64,000 nucleotides of DNA from the human T2T-CHM13v2.0 reference genome, Homo sapiens. Where the stretch lies: the NCBI RefSeq assembly GCF_009914755.1, contig NC_060942.1. One strand, given 5' to 3'. The translations under genes were made by a program, and so were the position numbers. This document shows positions 11,801 to 26,118 of this stretch, one piece after another. Position 1 is the stretch's first letter. Each line of letters starts with the position of its first letter. Below the pieces are notes generated by a model. It had not been told where the DNA came from. It did not search any database and was given only the letters and a program-made list of their open reading frames with translations.

Positions 11801-13634
11801 TGCAAAGGATTGTTAACATTATTATATACTTAAATATTATCCAAGTTGATTTATATTTAATGATATTTCCTAAAAGAATTGCTGTTGTGTGTCATAAATA
11901 TATTAAAATATTTGATGTTAAAATTTTGATAGAAGGATTTTTTTAGTAGCTAAAGAAAAAGGTGTCCTTAATATTGAGAAAAAAAACATATGCTCACTGA
12001 AGAATTTATAAATATATCTTATCATAGTGTCTGTTTCAAATTTGTAGAATTAAAGCTTCCAAAAATAAAAGTGAGATTTTTAGTCACTGACTCGGGAGCA
12101 TATGTTTCTAAGCTGCAGTAAACGTTTGGAAATATAACACAGGTAAAGAGGCAATAGTTGCATGAAGAAAAACCTGTAGCAACTTTAGACTCATTTTCAT
12201 TTGGAAGTAGTTTTGAGAGTCTTTCATACAATCTTTCCTTTCCTCCCTTAGTGAATTTAGGATTGTGAAGGCATTAGGTGAAAGATTACATTTATGACCT
12301 CTGCAAAAGATCAAATAGTCTTATTAGTCAGCCTATATTCATGAATTTTCTATCTTCTTTTGACATGAAGGGTTTTGAACAAGCGTTTCTTCTCTGGATG
12401 AGAAGAAAATGTATTTCACAATAAAACGTGAAAATTATAAGGTGCTCAGTGGGATTATAACATTTGGTAGCACAGGAAAAAAGAGAAAGATGTGGAAGTG
12501 CCATAATCCATTGGTGTTTCATATAATTCTAGAAGGTTCTGGTTATAACCTGTTCCTAATTTGGAGCTAGAATAATCTCAGGGATTGTCTGAGGGTTCAG
12601 GTGAGCTTTGTTCTATCTTTGTTTGGAAATCACTTTACAGGTATTGTCAATGGTAGGAATGAGTTGGGTCAAAGCAACTACGTAGAGTCCCTGCCATCCT
12701 ATTTTTGATACTGCCCAGGCTTCTTCATTCTTTTTGTAATAATGAAACTTAAGTTATAGAATTTATGATTGCATGGATTAAAAACATGGATGTTGCAATT
12801 ATGTCGTGCTACAAGTGCCCTCTAAAGGTGTTAATGCTATATGAATTTACTTGCTGGCTTTTATGTTTTTGATATGTTTTTATATTTTATGTTTTTGGTA
12901 TCAGGACTAAATAAATTTGACCTGATAATGTAGATTAATGGGAGAAATTCCAGTATTCATGGATTAGAACTAGGAGGGCTATCTCAGATACAGGCTTCTC
13001 ACAGAAGGCTGGGGCCTAAGCATAGGTACTGAATGCAAAGCTCTGGTCCTGGACCTCACATGGTCCATTCATTGTCTATGGTTGGCCGTCATTGTTTCCT
13101 CTGTGGCTATAAGTTTCTTCCATATTATTGAGCAGGATGTTTATCTGAATTAATATAAATGACATATTCGAGAAGCATAGATCTTTATCCAAAACGATAT
13201 CAGAAGTAGAAATAGTGCAGAAGACAAACTCCACCTCCCATCTGCTGATTCTTTTGAAACCCCTTGGTCCTCTTATCTCTGAAAGGGATACATGGCTTTG
13301 TTCTCCCAAATATCCTATCCACTTTCCACGCTGTTTCAAAAGTATTTCTGGCCAAATAAATGTAAATCTTCATCTTTTGTATATACAGATAATCATCATA
13401 GGTGTATTTGTGAATTATTTAAGTACTTGGAAGAATGAAGTTGCTGATAGCAATTAAAGTGGTGTGATTGGGGTTAACCTCACTTAAAACTGTTTCTTTA
13501 TTAATTTTAAAAGCCTATAAGCGTTTAATATCTAAAAGCCACCTTCTTTAGAGAAGACTGACTTATTTAGTGGAACTTGTAATGCTTGCCTTTTGGAAGA
13601 AAAGGAATAGTTCTAAGTCACTCTGTTTTAGATT

Positions 13635-15300
13635 TGTCCATTTAGTAATAAATGTCTACCATGTCTCAGACACTGTTCTAGCAATGGAAATAGAGATGTG
13701 AATAAAAAGTAAAACCCCTTTCTTTACATTAAGCATATAGTCTAGCTGGTAAAGCAGTAGAATCCATACATAGTATATAAATATATATTAAGTCATGATA
13801 AGTACTGGAAGAAAAAAAGAACATTCAGGCTAAAAGGGAATAGAATATTTACACACTCTTGAAATAACCAGGGAATGTCCCTTCTGTTAGGGTGAAGGAT
13901 GTAAGATACTTAACCACGAGGAATCTTGGCAGAAGAGAAGTATAAAGGAAATCACATGTGCTAAAGTCTTAAGTCAGAAGAATGTCCCTTCAAGGAATGG
14001 CCAGATGGCCGGCAGCTGCTGGGAATGAGCGAGGCAGGGAGGCACAGGCAGAAGCTACTTTAAGAGGAAGTAAATCCAGCTTAAGCTTCAAGATATTAGG
14101 GTGGTGCAAAAGTAATTGCATTTTTTGCCATTACTTTCAATGGGAAAAATCACAATTACATGGTCACCAACCTAATATTATTTTACTTTTAAAAGGGCTC
14201 TTCATACCCCAACTGTAGGAGCCTCAGGTCGGGAAATCATGGGTCCTGATGAAGAGTTCAGGGATGGTTTATGTTTAGATCATGACAACATCATAAACTA
14301 CAACCACTTTATTCTGAGTTTGATGGGAAGTCATTTGAATGTTGGGATCCTAGAAATATTGTAACATAAGTTGAGTGTTCAAAGCATCCACTCGGCTGTG
14401 CTGTGGAGAACATACTGGAGTAGGGAAAAGGTAGAAGTGGGGAGGCCAGATACCATACAGTATTCCAGGCAAGAGACAGGGTGGTTTGAAGGAGATATTA
14501 GAGATGGAGTTTTTGTAATTCTGCATAGGCTGTATTTCATATTTTCCTGCCAGAACTGATGGAGTTTCCAACAATGATGTGCAATGAAGAGACAAAGGAA
14601 TCAAGGGTAACCCCTAAGTTTGGTCTGTAAACCTAGAAGAGTGAAATGTGCATTTATTGACACAGGGAACACTGTGGAGGAGCAGGTGTAGATGTGAGGG
14701 GAGTTCAAGTGTTTGTTTTTGAACATGTGAAATCTGAGATGCTGATTAGATATCCTTAGTGATGTTAAGTGGGCAGCTGGACACGTGAGATCCCAGAGAT
14801 AAAGGAACATCTCAGGCCAGAGATATGTCTGTTAGGAAATTTCAGAAAATTAATGAATTTGAAGTCAAAGGCCTGGATGCCTTCACCCAGAGCAATTACC
14901 CCAGCCTGAAGTCTCAGTGTTGGAGCGCTTGCAGTCAGAGGTGTGAAGCTGAGACAGAATGTGGGGCAGCTACCAGGGAGTAGGAGGAGAACCATGAGAG
15001 AGGATGCCCTCAGAAGCCAAGAAAGGGAATGATGAAATGGACAATCACATACAGGGCTTCTGGTTGGCCAAGTAAAACAGGAATTTCAGGCCTGGAATTG
15101 ACCATTAGATTTGCAATGTAGAAGTCACTGATTTCCTGTTTTTGTGGCAAACTAGAGTTGAAAATGATACTGCGACTTCAAGAGAAAATGAGATAAATGA
15201 AAGTGTCTTTAAAATAATTTTTATTTTAGAAAATGCCAAAGATATGGAATGGCTGCTGGGTTGGGATCAAAATCTTTTTTTTTTTTTTTTATGTTGAGGG
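13635..15300 (-). mobile_element. L2 (L2a-like) long degenerate copy
   Basis: Starts with the reverse of the L2 3' end (taccatgtctcagacactgttctag...). Internal motifs include gagttcaagtgtttgtttttgaacatgtgaaatctgagatgc and attgaccattagatttgcaatgtagaagtcactg. Confidence 0.75.
14096..14175. mobile_element. MADE1 (Hsmar1 mariner-derived 80-bp MITE)
   Basis: TTAGGGTGGTGCAAAAGTAATTGC...CAATTACATGGTCACCAACCTAA is exactly 80 bp, palindromic, and flanked by TA on both sides. Confidence 0.95.
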
Positions 15301-17066
15301 TATTATAGCATGTGCATTTGCTAATGGGAATAATCTAATCTAGAGAGAGGTACAAACTAGTTAAACAGGAGAGGAGTATATTTGAGGAGGCCATGTCCTG
15401 GAGCGGATTAGAGGAAATTAGATAGAGCATACAAATGGGAAGTTTGGTGTTAAGAACGTGGAGTAATTCTCTATAAAAACAGACAGAATAACATATGGGT
15501 ATCCATTAGACACATAGATATGATGGAACCAGTGGATGGCAGTTGTCTTATAATTACATATCTTTTGTAAGTGAAATAGAAAAACCCCCGCAATCTCAAC
15601 AGATAAGGCAGAGCTGAATAAGATATGAAAATTTTGAAGATAGCTAATGTATGGGATTATTCAGTAGAATGTTTGTGATTTAATCAGGGAAAAATATTAA
15701 TTTCCCTATGGTAGAGTTGGCTTGGCTACATTAAAGCCCATATGAGGTTCAGAGTCAAGAAACTGAAGTGAGACCAGATAGCAATGGGTGTGTTTTCTCA
15801 AAGCCTGATCAAGAGTGTAGGTGCAGACATGGAGCAGGAAGACAGCTGTGATTCACTGACATTAGAGTTTCTAAGCAAGTAGGGTCAAGAGAATGCCAAG
15901 CTTGCTCAGAGCAATTTGTTAAAACTGGAGCACAGAATAGGGAGGAGAGAGTGGATGTGAAGCCGATGAGGAAGAGAGAAAAAACAATACAGTCCATTGA
16001 CAGGAGGCCATAGCTAGGTCAAAAAAGAGAGTTATGGGGACAATAGTAAAGGGTAATCAGAGAGGTGCTTATCATTGATATGGAAAGAAATGCTAGTATG
16101 GTAATGGGATCTAGGTGCATAACCAGCCAGTGAGTGGGTGAGGTCATATTATTGGAATTAATAGGAACTGAGAGGTGAGGATGTTGTAACGACACTATAT
16201 ATGAAATACTTTGGACATGAAAATTTTTCTTGTCCCTGAAAACATATTCAACTTCTCCTAACCTATTAACATAATTGGTTTCATTATATAAATGTTAATA
16301 CCCATTCCCATGCCAAGACTCTACAGTGTTGTCAGTGATCTCATTTACTTTTCTCTCTGCTTATGTAACATTTTGATCAGTCCTACAGACTGTATTAAAG
16401 AGCAATCTTCAGCCAGTGATCAAAGCAAGACAAAGAAGCCTTCAAATACAGCAGATTACAAGCCCATAATTTTTTTATGTGTTTATCATTTTGCCAAAAT
16501 TTTGGATAAAAATAAAATTATATGTATTAATAATGTTAAGAACACATGAATTAATATTATTTTTAGGTTTTTATTTACAACTGCTGTTTTAACAATGACA
16601 TACATTTTTAAAATTAATAATTATTTTTTCCCATGTTGTCTAAACAGCTTTAAATATATTTTAATGGGATGTCTCAAAGCTTAGATAAGAATGCTCAGCA
16701 AACATATCCAATTTTTAAAATGATATTCATTTTATTTTTGTATGATTATTGCAACATCACCTCTTCTGTATTATGTGGCCATGTGGAAGAGAATGAGAAT
16801 GTCACATTCACTTACCTTTGAATAGCAGGCTACTTTGGTATGCATTTTTATTATCAGTAGAATATGTTTTTCAAGCATATATTTGCAAGTAATATTATTA
16901 GTAATTATCTTAATTTCCTGTATTTAGGAAACCTCTAGGTGTTAGAGACAGCAATATTGCCAAAACATTCTGAACATGTTTGAAAAAAATCAGAATGCAG
17001 TTTTCTATTTCTGTAAAATTCTCTGTGGAAAAAGAGAAGCTCTTAAAGTCTATTGGATGCTCTACA

Positions 17067-17365
17067 GCTATTTTGTCCAATAGAAATATAATTCAAGCAA
17101 CATTTGCAATTTAAAGTAGCTACATTTAAAAAGTTAAAAAATGAACATGTGAAATTAATTTTAATAATATTTTTGATTTAATCCAATCTTTCAAAAATAT
17201 CACTTCAAAATGTAATTAGTATGAAGTTATTAATGAGATAGTTTACATTTTTACGTTTCATGCTGTGTTTAATTAGTACTCACCGAACATCACAATTCAG
17301 GCGACCCTCATTTCAAGCGTTCCCTAACTACATCTGATAGGTGACTACCATTTAAGACAGCACAG
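17067..17365 (+). mobile_element. MER33 (hAT-Charlie)
   Basis: tgtccaatagaaatataat...gtgaaattaattttaataatat...ttattaatgagata...gactaccatttaagacagcacag follows the MER33 consensus. Confidence 0.85.
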
Positions 17366-18827
17366 GTTTAATACTCCAGAATATAAACGGTTCAAAAATA
17401 TCTTCATAGCAACCATAGAATACATTTCAGGCATTGTATTTATCTCCTTGTTGAAAGGGGGAACACATATGAGTTTGAACGACCTTATCAAGGAAGAGAA
17501 TTTACCTCACATTTTCTGAACCAGTGTTCTCTGGGTTCTACTATAGCTCTCATGTTATCATATTTACATACTTATGTTATTTTGATACTGAGAAGTATGT
17601 TAAAGATGGTGGCCTCTAGAAACAACTGGGACCAATATATTCTCTGCTTGCTATAATTTAAGAAAATTTACTAATTTAAGAAAATTTAACAGGTGTGAAA
17701 ATCAGGCAATGATAAAAATGATAAAACTCAATTTAGGAGTCCACACAATTCTTAGTACTTTTTCTCTTTTTTTATAAATTAAATGCAATGTATAGATCTG
17801 GGAAATCATGAGATATTTAAGAAAAACAAGGAAAAAATAGAGTTTTTGAGGAAGAATTAAGATATGACGTTACAGGAATTACTTGGGAAAGAGTTGAAGA
17901 CAATAATTACATGATTGGGAGGCAAAATAAAAACCAAGCAAGCTTTGAGAAATGTAAGAGTTTAATCTGGTCTTCCACTCTTTGCAGCTTTCCTTGCACA
18001 TGGCGTCCATTTTCTGTTTTAGGGACTGGAAAGACAGATCTTTTGAGAAATACAAACACTGAGTATTCACTTCCTGTTATTTTGACATTTTTAATCCAAT
18101 TCCTTTACTTGTCTTTACTAAGACAAACAACTATGCAAAAATGAAAGGAAACAAATGAAAACGGATCCCAGATCAATCAGCAGTTGTGTTAAGGATTCTA
18201 CTTTCTAGTTAAATTTTTTATTTTCTTTATTGCTACCTTCTCCTATGTCAAAGGATGAAAACCAGAAATATAAACACTTAAAAAAAAAGATGATTGCAGA
18301 GTTGGTGGCCTCTATGTCTGAATAAATTACTAATTTATTTTGGCTAACATGGAGAAAATATGAGCAGGGATGAACGTTTCACTAGGATTTGAGCAACTAA
18401 TCTTCGAATCAAAAGCTAACTTTTTTTTCTTAAGATTCCACGTCTTTTCCTTCTCAAGATTACAAACTCATCTATAAGTTTCATATTATAGATGTAACTT
18501 TCCCAGTGAAATCAACATTTTGGATCTCACTATTATAAGAAGTAGCTTACATATTGCACAACCATTCTATTTTGTTTTTCAAGTAACATATCTAAAATTG
18601 GATTACTTGTTTTATATTATATTAAGATGGAAAGAATTAGAACAAAACATGTGATGGATATTATTTTTATCTTAGAAGAGTTCATATAAATATAATAATT
18701 CTACAAATCAGATTACAGTGGCCAGGACAAAGAAGTCAGCATTTTGTCAATATATTACTAGCTGCTGTTCCTAAAATTTTTGGTGATATACTTGCATGTA
18801 TTAATATTTCTCTTTGTTGCATAATAA

Positions 18828-19188
<361 letters not shown>

Positions 19189-20061
19189 TTACTACACATT
19201 TTTATTTTCGTTTTTCTGAAGATTATGAAGCTCTTTGGCAATAGAAAATGATTGGTTTAATGCCTTTATAGTACAATATACTAACAAATATTGTTTTATT
19301 TAGATACAAGATGAATTTTACATGGTTTTATTTTTAAAAATTTATGTCATAAGAAGTATATGTTCTGAAATTTATGCTATTTCTATTCAGAAGTAAGTAG
19401 CCTTGTGATTTCAAAATAGATTAATCATGTGTTTTAAGAAAAAACATAATTATGAAACTTGGGAAGTTTCATGTTCACTAATAATTTTGTTTTCTCAACA
19501 TCCTCTTCAATTACATTAATAAAAGCATATCATTCAAGGACTAAATCCAGCCTGCGGTAATTTGGAGCATTCATAAACGTAATTGAGCTTCTACAATATT
19601 GTGCTTTGAACATGTTACCATGGGTGGGTGAAAGCAGCTGGCTTTCCTGTCTCAAATATTTTGAGAAATTTTAGAAAGTAAAGTTTACTCTCAGCCTAGA
19701 ATTCCCTCATTTTCCATAAAGGAAGAAGAATTTACCATATAAATATTTATATTTGAGAGATAATTCAGGAACATTAGAGAAACTCTAAAAACACAGTTTA
19801 AGTTTGTGTTATAGTTGGTGTTATAGATTATGGAATTCTGTTTTTTCCAGTTTTCGATGTACATAAAAACCTAATGAAAATTATAATGTTCAGAGCAATT
19901 TGTTTTTAATCATTTAACTCAATTTTTGTTCTATTAAAAATGTTAACATCTAAATAACTTGTAACAAATGAATTTTTGAAAACTTTCCATTTAATAGCTA
20001 CATAATTTTTAAAATAAATACATACTCATTTCCATGAGTCAGATTTTACATATAATCAAAG

Positions 20062-20178
20062 GTAAGCTCCATGAGAGTGGACATTTACATTTATTGATTC
20101 ACTGGTACATCTTCAATGCCTAGAATTTCACGGCTGGAACATGGTAGAAATTTGATAAATATTTGTCGAATGAATAAA
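20062..20178 (+). mobile_element. L2 3' end
   Basis: gtaagctccatgagag...gcctagaa...taaatatttgtcgaatgaataaa. Confidence 0.75.
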
Positions 20179-21076
20179 TTCAAGATTCAAAAGCTAAGAA
20201 ATGTTTATTCTTATTCTGCTTTAACAACTTTGAGGAATGAGTAGATATCATTATATACATGTGTGAATGTTTATAGTAAAATGGTCATTAAAATACATTG
20301 CTTTACCTGCATTTTCTCATTTGTTTGTCTCTTGCTTTGCTTTTGTTTCACGTGAGTTACTGAAATGTTTTTAAAACTCAAAATTGGATAACAATAGAAG
20401 TAAAGACAAATGAAAATAGTATACTTTAAAAATCTTAACATTATTTTACCACTTCTTGTTTTTCATTATGTGTAATTTAATTTGTATAAAGATTTTTTAG
20501 TCAAATTAATATTTAGAGATAGATTTGAAAGTGTTAATCTTTAAATAGAGTGCATATGTACAACAGATGCTGTTTTAAAAACTACAGCAAACAAAATCTA
20601 ATAACACCAAAAAATTTGGAAAGAGGTAGTAAGCAGCTGTCTTACACAAATTCAATTTTCAGATAGATTTTAGTCTTTAGTCTTTTTTTTAACCAAACAA
20701 GTAATTTGTAAATCTCACTGAAAAACTTCATATAATGTACAGTCATTTGCATATACACACTCAGCAGGTGGTAAGCCCTGTTCAGACATTGCAGATATTG
20801 CACATATGATTTATATCTGATTAAAATGGAAATACAACAATAACCCAATGTATTAGTTTACAATATCATTAGAAAAATATTCAGGAAAAATTTTCTCCCT
20901 ATGTGCCTTAATCCAGGAAATAATATCTCTATTATTAGCATATCTTATTCTCCATCACTTTTGAATGATTCCCGAATGCTGGTGACTCTTGGGTAATTGT
21001 AAACTTAGTGCTTTTTTTCCAGACAGGTTGGGTTCTCTAGGATCATGATTTTTAGAGAGACGGTTTTGAAAAATTT

Positions 21077-21671
21077 TCTTTTCTTTTCTTTGTTTTTTTT
21101 TTTTTTTTTTTTTTATGCTTTAAGTTCTAGGATACATGGCAGAACGTGCAGGTTTGTTACATAGGTATACACGTGCCATGGTGGTTTGCTGCACCCATCA
21201 ATGCATCTTCTACATTAGGTATTTATCCTAATGCTATCCCTCCCCTTGCTCCCCACCACCCAACAGGCCCCAGTGTGTGAGTATGTGATGTGCCCCTCCC
21301 TATGTCCATGTTTTCTCATTGTTCAGCTCCCACTTATGAGTGAGAACATGCAGTGTTTGGTTTTCTGTTCCTGTGTTAGTTTGCTGAGAATGATGGTTTC
21401 CAGCTTCATCCTTGTCACTGTAAAGGACATGAACTCAACCTTTTTTATGGCTGCATAGTATTCCATGGTGTATATGTGCCACATTTTCTTTATCCAGTCT
21501 ACCATTGATGGGCATTTGGTTTGCTTCCAAGTCTTTGCTATTGTGAATAGTGCTGCAGTAAACATACGTGTGCATGTGTCTTTATAGTAGAATGATTTAT
21601 AATCCTTTGGGTATATACGCAGTAATGAGATTGCTGGGTCAAATGGTATTTCTGGTTCTACATCCTTTAGG
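21077..21671 (-). mobile_element. 5'-truncated L1PA 3' end (end of ORF2, 3'UTR, poly-A)
   Basis: Track ORF 21323..21565 (MFTAALFTIAKTWKQ...KHCMFSLISGS) is the ORF2p C-terminus. A poly-T tail lies at the left. Confidence 0.95.
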
Positions 21672-21745
21672 TATAAAACAATATACAGCCTTCATGGAAA
21701 CTTTGAAAGAAACAGTTTCTTTTCTATGTTGACAAACACATAAGA

Positions 21746-22041
<296 letters not shown>

Positions 22042-23324
22042 ACATAAGAAAGTCAACAATTTAGGCAGGCAGAAGGGTCTTTAAGAAAGAGGGAGTTTTC
22101 AACAAGATAGGCAAAGTAATGAAGAGATTGAAAGGAAGAAGGCTTTCTGGAAGGGGAGCATGGTGAGATGGCAGGAATGACAGGTGAGGATCCTGAGGTC
22201 ACGTGAAGCACAGAGGACTGCAGGTCGACTCTCAGAGGTAGGGAGAAAAACTGGACCTGGAAGGTAATGTCTGAAGCCAGAAGAGACAAATATTGGGCTG
22301 AGGTAGGATTTAATATGCTGAGAATGTTCACTTAAAGGGGAAAATAACTCAGTCACTGAATGTGGTACCTTTTAAATTATCAATCTGGAAAAAAAGTATA
22401 AGATTCTCCTACCACTGCTGATTGAAATAAAACTGTGTAAGAACTAATATACTTAACAGTGTTAGATTTTTACCATTACAAATCAGTGCCTAATCTTTTC
22501 TTGTTAAACGTTCTATTGTTGAAATAAAAACCTTGCTAAAGCTATATATCATGGTTGGGTTTACAGAAAACAAAAGCAGATTTTCATATTTCCCTTAGGA
22601 GGATTAACCATTTCAACAGGAAAATATATTTATATTATTTTATATAAAAATATATTCAAAATTCACATTATGTTAAAGTATCCAATAGCTTTCATTCTAC
22701 TTTATAAAAAGTGATAAAATTTTAAGATGTACTTTGTGATGAAACTTAATTCTCAACTAAAGACTCTACTTCAGAAGAAATTTTCCTTTTAATTCCTGGA
22801 CCATGGTAATCATTTAGAAAATGTGGCTATATATGATTACTGGATTATGGTCATTATAAAGCAATAGAAAACAACTTTCATGTCGTGGTTCACTTTAAGT
22901 AATAGAAAAGCATTTTAAAGAACAACATAGCAGATCTGAATAGCGTCTCTATAGTTTAGAGGGGCTAAATACCCCGTAGCAGAAGATGTGTCTTTCAGAT
23001 GTTGAATATTAATTGGGTAGGTTGATATATTTCAATATATCAAGAGGAGGCAAAATACAACGAGGCAGTGAAACAAATCATGACCCTAGTTAGTATTAAG
23101 CATTTCCTATGTTAAAAATGTGAATATACATATTTTAGTTCAAGCTGGTGCTTCTACATTTTTGTTGTTGTTGCTGTTGGAAGAAACATTCCTTCTGAAG
23201 AATTAACATACAGGAATTGAGTACTGACATCCTAGGGAAGTTGAATAATTTTGGTAATCCAAGGCAAAAAGCCCAGCTAGCCTGAGAAGGGGGATATCCA
23301 GGTATCCAGGCAGAGGAAACCTGG

Positions 23325-24072
23325 AGATGGAGAGAAGATGAGAGGAGAGAAGGGAAGCTGAGGTCAGAAAAGAGGAGGTCGGGGAGAGAAGGGGAAGGGA
23401 GGTGATATGGTTTGGCTCTGTGTCCCCATCCAAATCTCTTATTGAATTGTAATCCCCATGTGTTGGGGGAGTGGTCTGGTGGGAGATGATTGAATCATGA
23501 GAATGGACTTCCCCCTTGCTGTTCTTGTGATAGAGTGTAGAGTTCTCAAGTGATCTGCTTGTTTGATAAATGTATGGCATTTCCCACTTCTCTCTCTCTC
23601 TCTCTCTCTGTCTCTCTCCTGCTTCGCCATAATAAGATGGGCTTACATTCCCTTTGCCTTCTGCCATGATTGTACGCTTCCTGAGGCCTCCCCAGTCATG
23701 TGGAAATGTGAGTTAATTAAACCTATTTTCTTCATAAGTTACCCAGTCTCAGGTAGTTCTTTATAGCAGCACGAGAACCAACTAATACAGGAGGCCAGAG
23801 AGATGAGACGATAGAATGATAGGGGAGAGGAGAGAAGGGTAGAGGAAGGGATGGGAGGCAAGAGAAGGAGGAGTTAGAGGATGAAGAGGAAGGGAAGGGG
23901 AGGCCAGGAAAGAGGAGAGGAGAGGAGGCCACTTGTTCCTTCATAGAAACATTTTTATAGGACTTTGGACCAGAAATGTAGGTTAGTTAGGGGAGAAGAA
24001 GGGAGGGAAGGCCAGCAGAGAAGAGGATAAAGGAGGCCGGGAGAGTGGAGCCCAGGCGAGGGGAGACCAGGA
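23325..24072. repeat. GA-rich polypurine low-complexity tract, interrupted by an LTR and a 59-bp insert
   Basis: Runs of GGAGAG/GGAAGG units on both sides of 23403-23789 and of 23930-23988. Confidence 0.85.
23403..23789 (+). mobile_element. THE1D/MSTA-type MaLR solo LTR
   Basis: TGATATGGTTTGGCTCTGTGTCCCC...ACTAATACA with a perfect 5-bp TSD, GGAGG (23398-23402 and 23790-23794). Confidence 0.92.
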
Positions 24073-26080
24073 GGTAAGACTTGGTTATCTGTGAAAAGGA
24101 CTTTGAACCTAATCCTAAGAATTAATGGAAGAGCAATTGGGAACATTGCAGCAAAGATGAAGTCATATTAAAATATAATTTTATATATATATATATATAT
24201 CTTTAGTTTTTGAGTGTAGAACACTTTTGAAAGGGAGAGAAGTTGGAAATCTATTTCAGTTATCTGAGAACGATGTGATAGTATTTGGACTAAAGTGGAT
24301 GAGACAGAGAAACATGAATGTAAATAAAAATTTTTATAAGTTAAAATGAGCAAGACTTTACAATTGACTTGATATAGAAGATGATGAAGAATGGTTAGTA
24401 AGAGAAGCCTAAATCTTTGGCTTACACCAACTGAAAGGATAGCGGTGCCTTTTATTAGTAGGAAAAAATGAGAAAAAATGGAATTAATTTTCTGTAGAGT
24501 GAGAAGTATAAAAGGCTTTCTCTAAACTCCTTAAAGCAGCAAAATTTATGTTTTGCTTTAAGAAAACAGAATGAGTATTTTCTTTACTCCAATTTCTAGG
24601 AAAAGGAGGAAAACATTTTTTCAATCTTTTTTTGACATGGAGGAATTTTCTAGCTGTGCAAATTATTGTTTTGCAATTAATCACTTTTTTTCTAGGCTTT
24701 TTTTCTTAATTACAGGCTTTGAGCACTGTTAGCCAGAAATATTTATTCAATTTAGAGCATCTCTGTCAATGAATCAGCCACTGAAATAGAAATAAACTGG
24801 TTTCATCAAGAAACAATATGAATAGAGTTGGGTAATTAACACTTCTTCCTTCATAGAAACATTATTATAAGACTTTGGACCAGAAATGTAGGTTAGTTCT
24901 TCATTCAATGGTCAGTTACATTCAGGCATTAACTAAAATCTATCATGTATAGTCATATTATTTTCAAAGGAAAATTAAAGATTAAAATATAGCAATTTTC
25001 TCTATTTAAACCTTTCTTTTGATTTACTAAACATTTCTAAAGTCAGAGCAATAAATGATAAGGTGAATATCATATTACAGAACTGTTTTCTTAATGTTTA
25101 GAAATATTATCGATAAGAATACCTGGGTTTTGAAAAATATAAATAGTCCCAGAAGTGTTTGAAGTACAAATAATAGCAACGAGCGTGTTTCCCAAAATAT
25201 TTCATTTGCAATGAAAACAAGCTGAAAAGAAAAAAAATCTCCAATATGTTTATATTTAAAGGCCAAACACAAACTTTTCTAAGGAAAACTAATAATCCAG
25301 AAATATTAGAATAGATTTCTTCTTCTGATACACACCTATATCACTGCTAAAGTTTTTGATCCACTAGTATTTGCCAGTAAAAATTATTTTCAACAGAATA
25401 TTAACAGACTGCAGATTGTCTTGCCTTGTAACATAAGGAGTTCTTTACTATTATTTGTTAAAGCAGGATATTTTATATATTTCATGTAAGTTTCTATAAT
25501 CATACAATAATAAACATGATTTTTTATTTGCTTGTTCTGAGGTTTTAAGTCATTAAAAGGTAAATTTTCTTTGATCACAGTTCTAAAGTCTTACAAGTAA
25601 CTGATCACTTTCAAATCATTCTCTTACTTTTTCCTTAATTTCTTTGATTTACACACATACAAACACGGAGGCACCAAATATATTTTCATCTCCAACAAAT
25701 CTGTGTATTTCAAATGGATGGAATAACATCACTTGTTATGGCCCAATGGACACAGATAAACTGCAGGTATATGCATTGGGGCAATGGTAAACTGCATTTT
25801 AATTGAATTATAGAATTAGTTCTCTCTAGATTCATTTTTTGAATGTCTTCCATGTCCTAGTCACTGTGAAGACAAGGATAAATAAGATACAAGTTCTTTG
25901 CTAAGAAGCTTATAGACTGGCATGGAAACACATGTATTAAAATTATTATTCAATGCCATAGATACAGAATAAAGTGATTAACCAGAGCATGGGAACACAG
26001 ATGAAAATGGAACAAACTGACCAGGAAATATGGTATAGATTCATCATTTCTGTCATTCCAGCCACCCTTCACCTCCATTT

Positions 26081-26084
<4 letters not shown>

Positions 26085-26116
<32 letters not shown>
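26085..26116. repeat. (AC)16 microsatellite
   Basis: Perfect AC run. Confidence 0.95.

Positions 26117-26118
<2 letters not shown>

Noticed and set aside
23203-24146. 154-aa and neighbouring ORFs
   Set aside because: They are low-complexity translations of the GA tract and the MaLR LTR.
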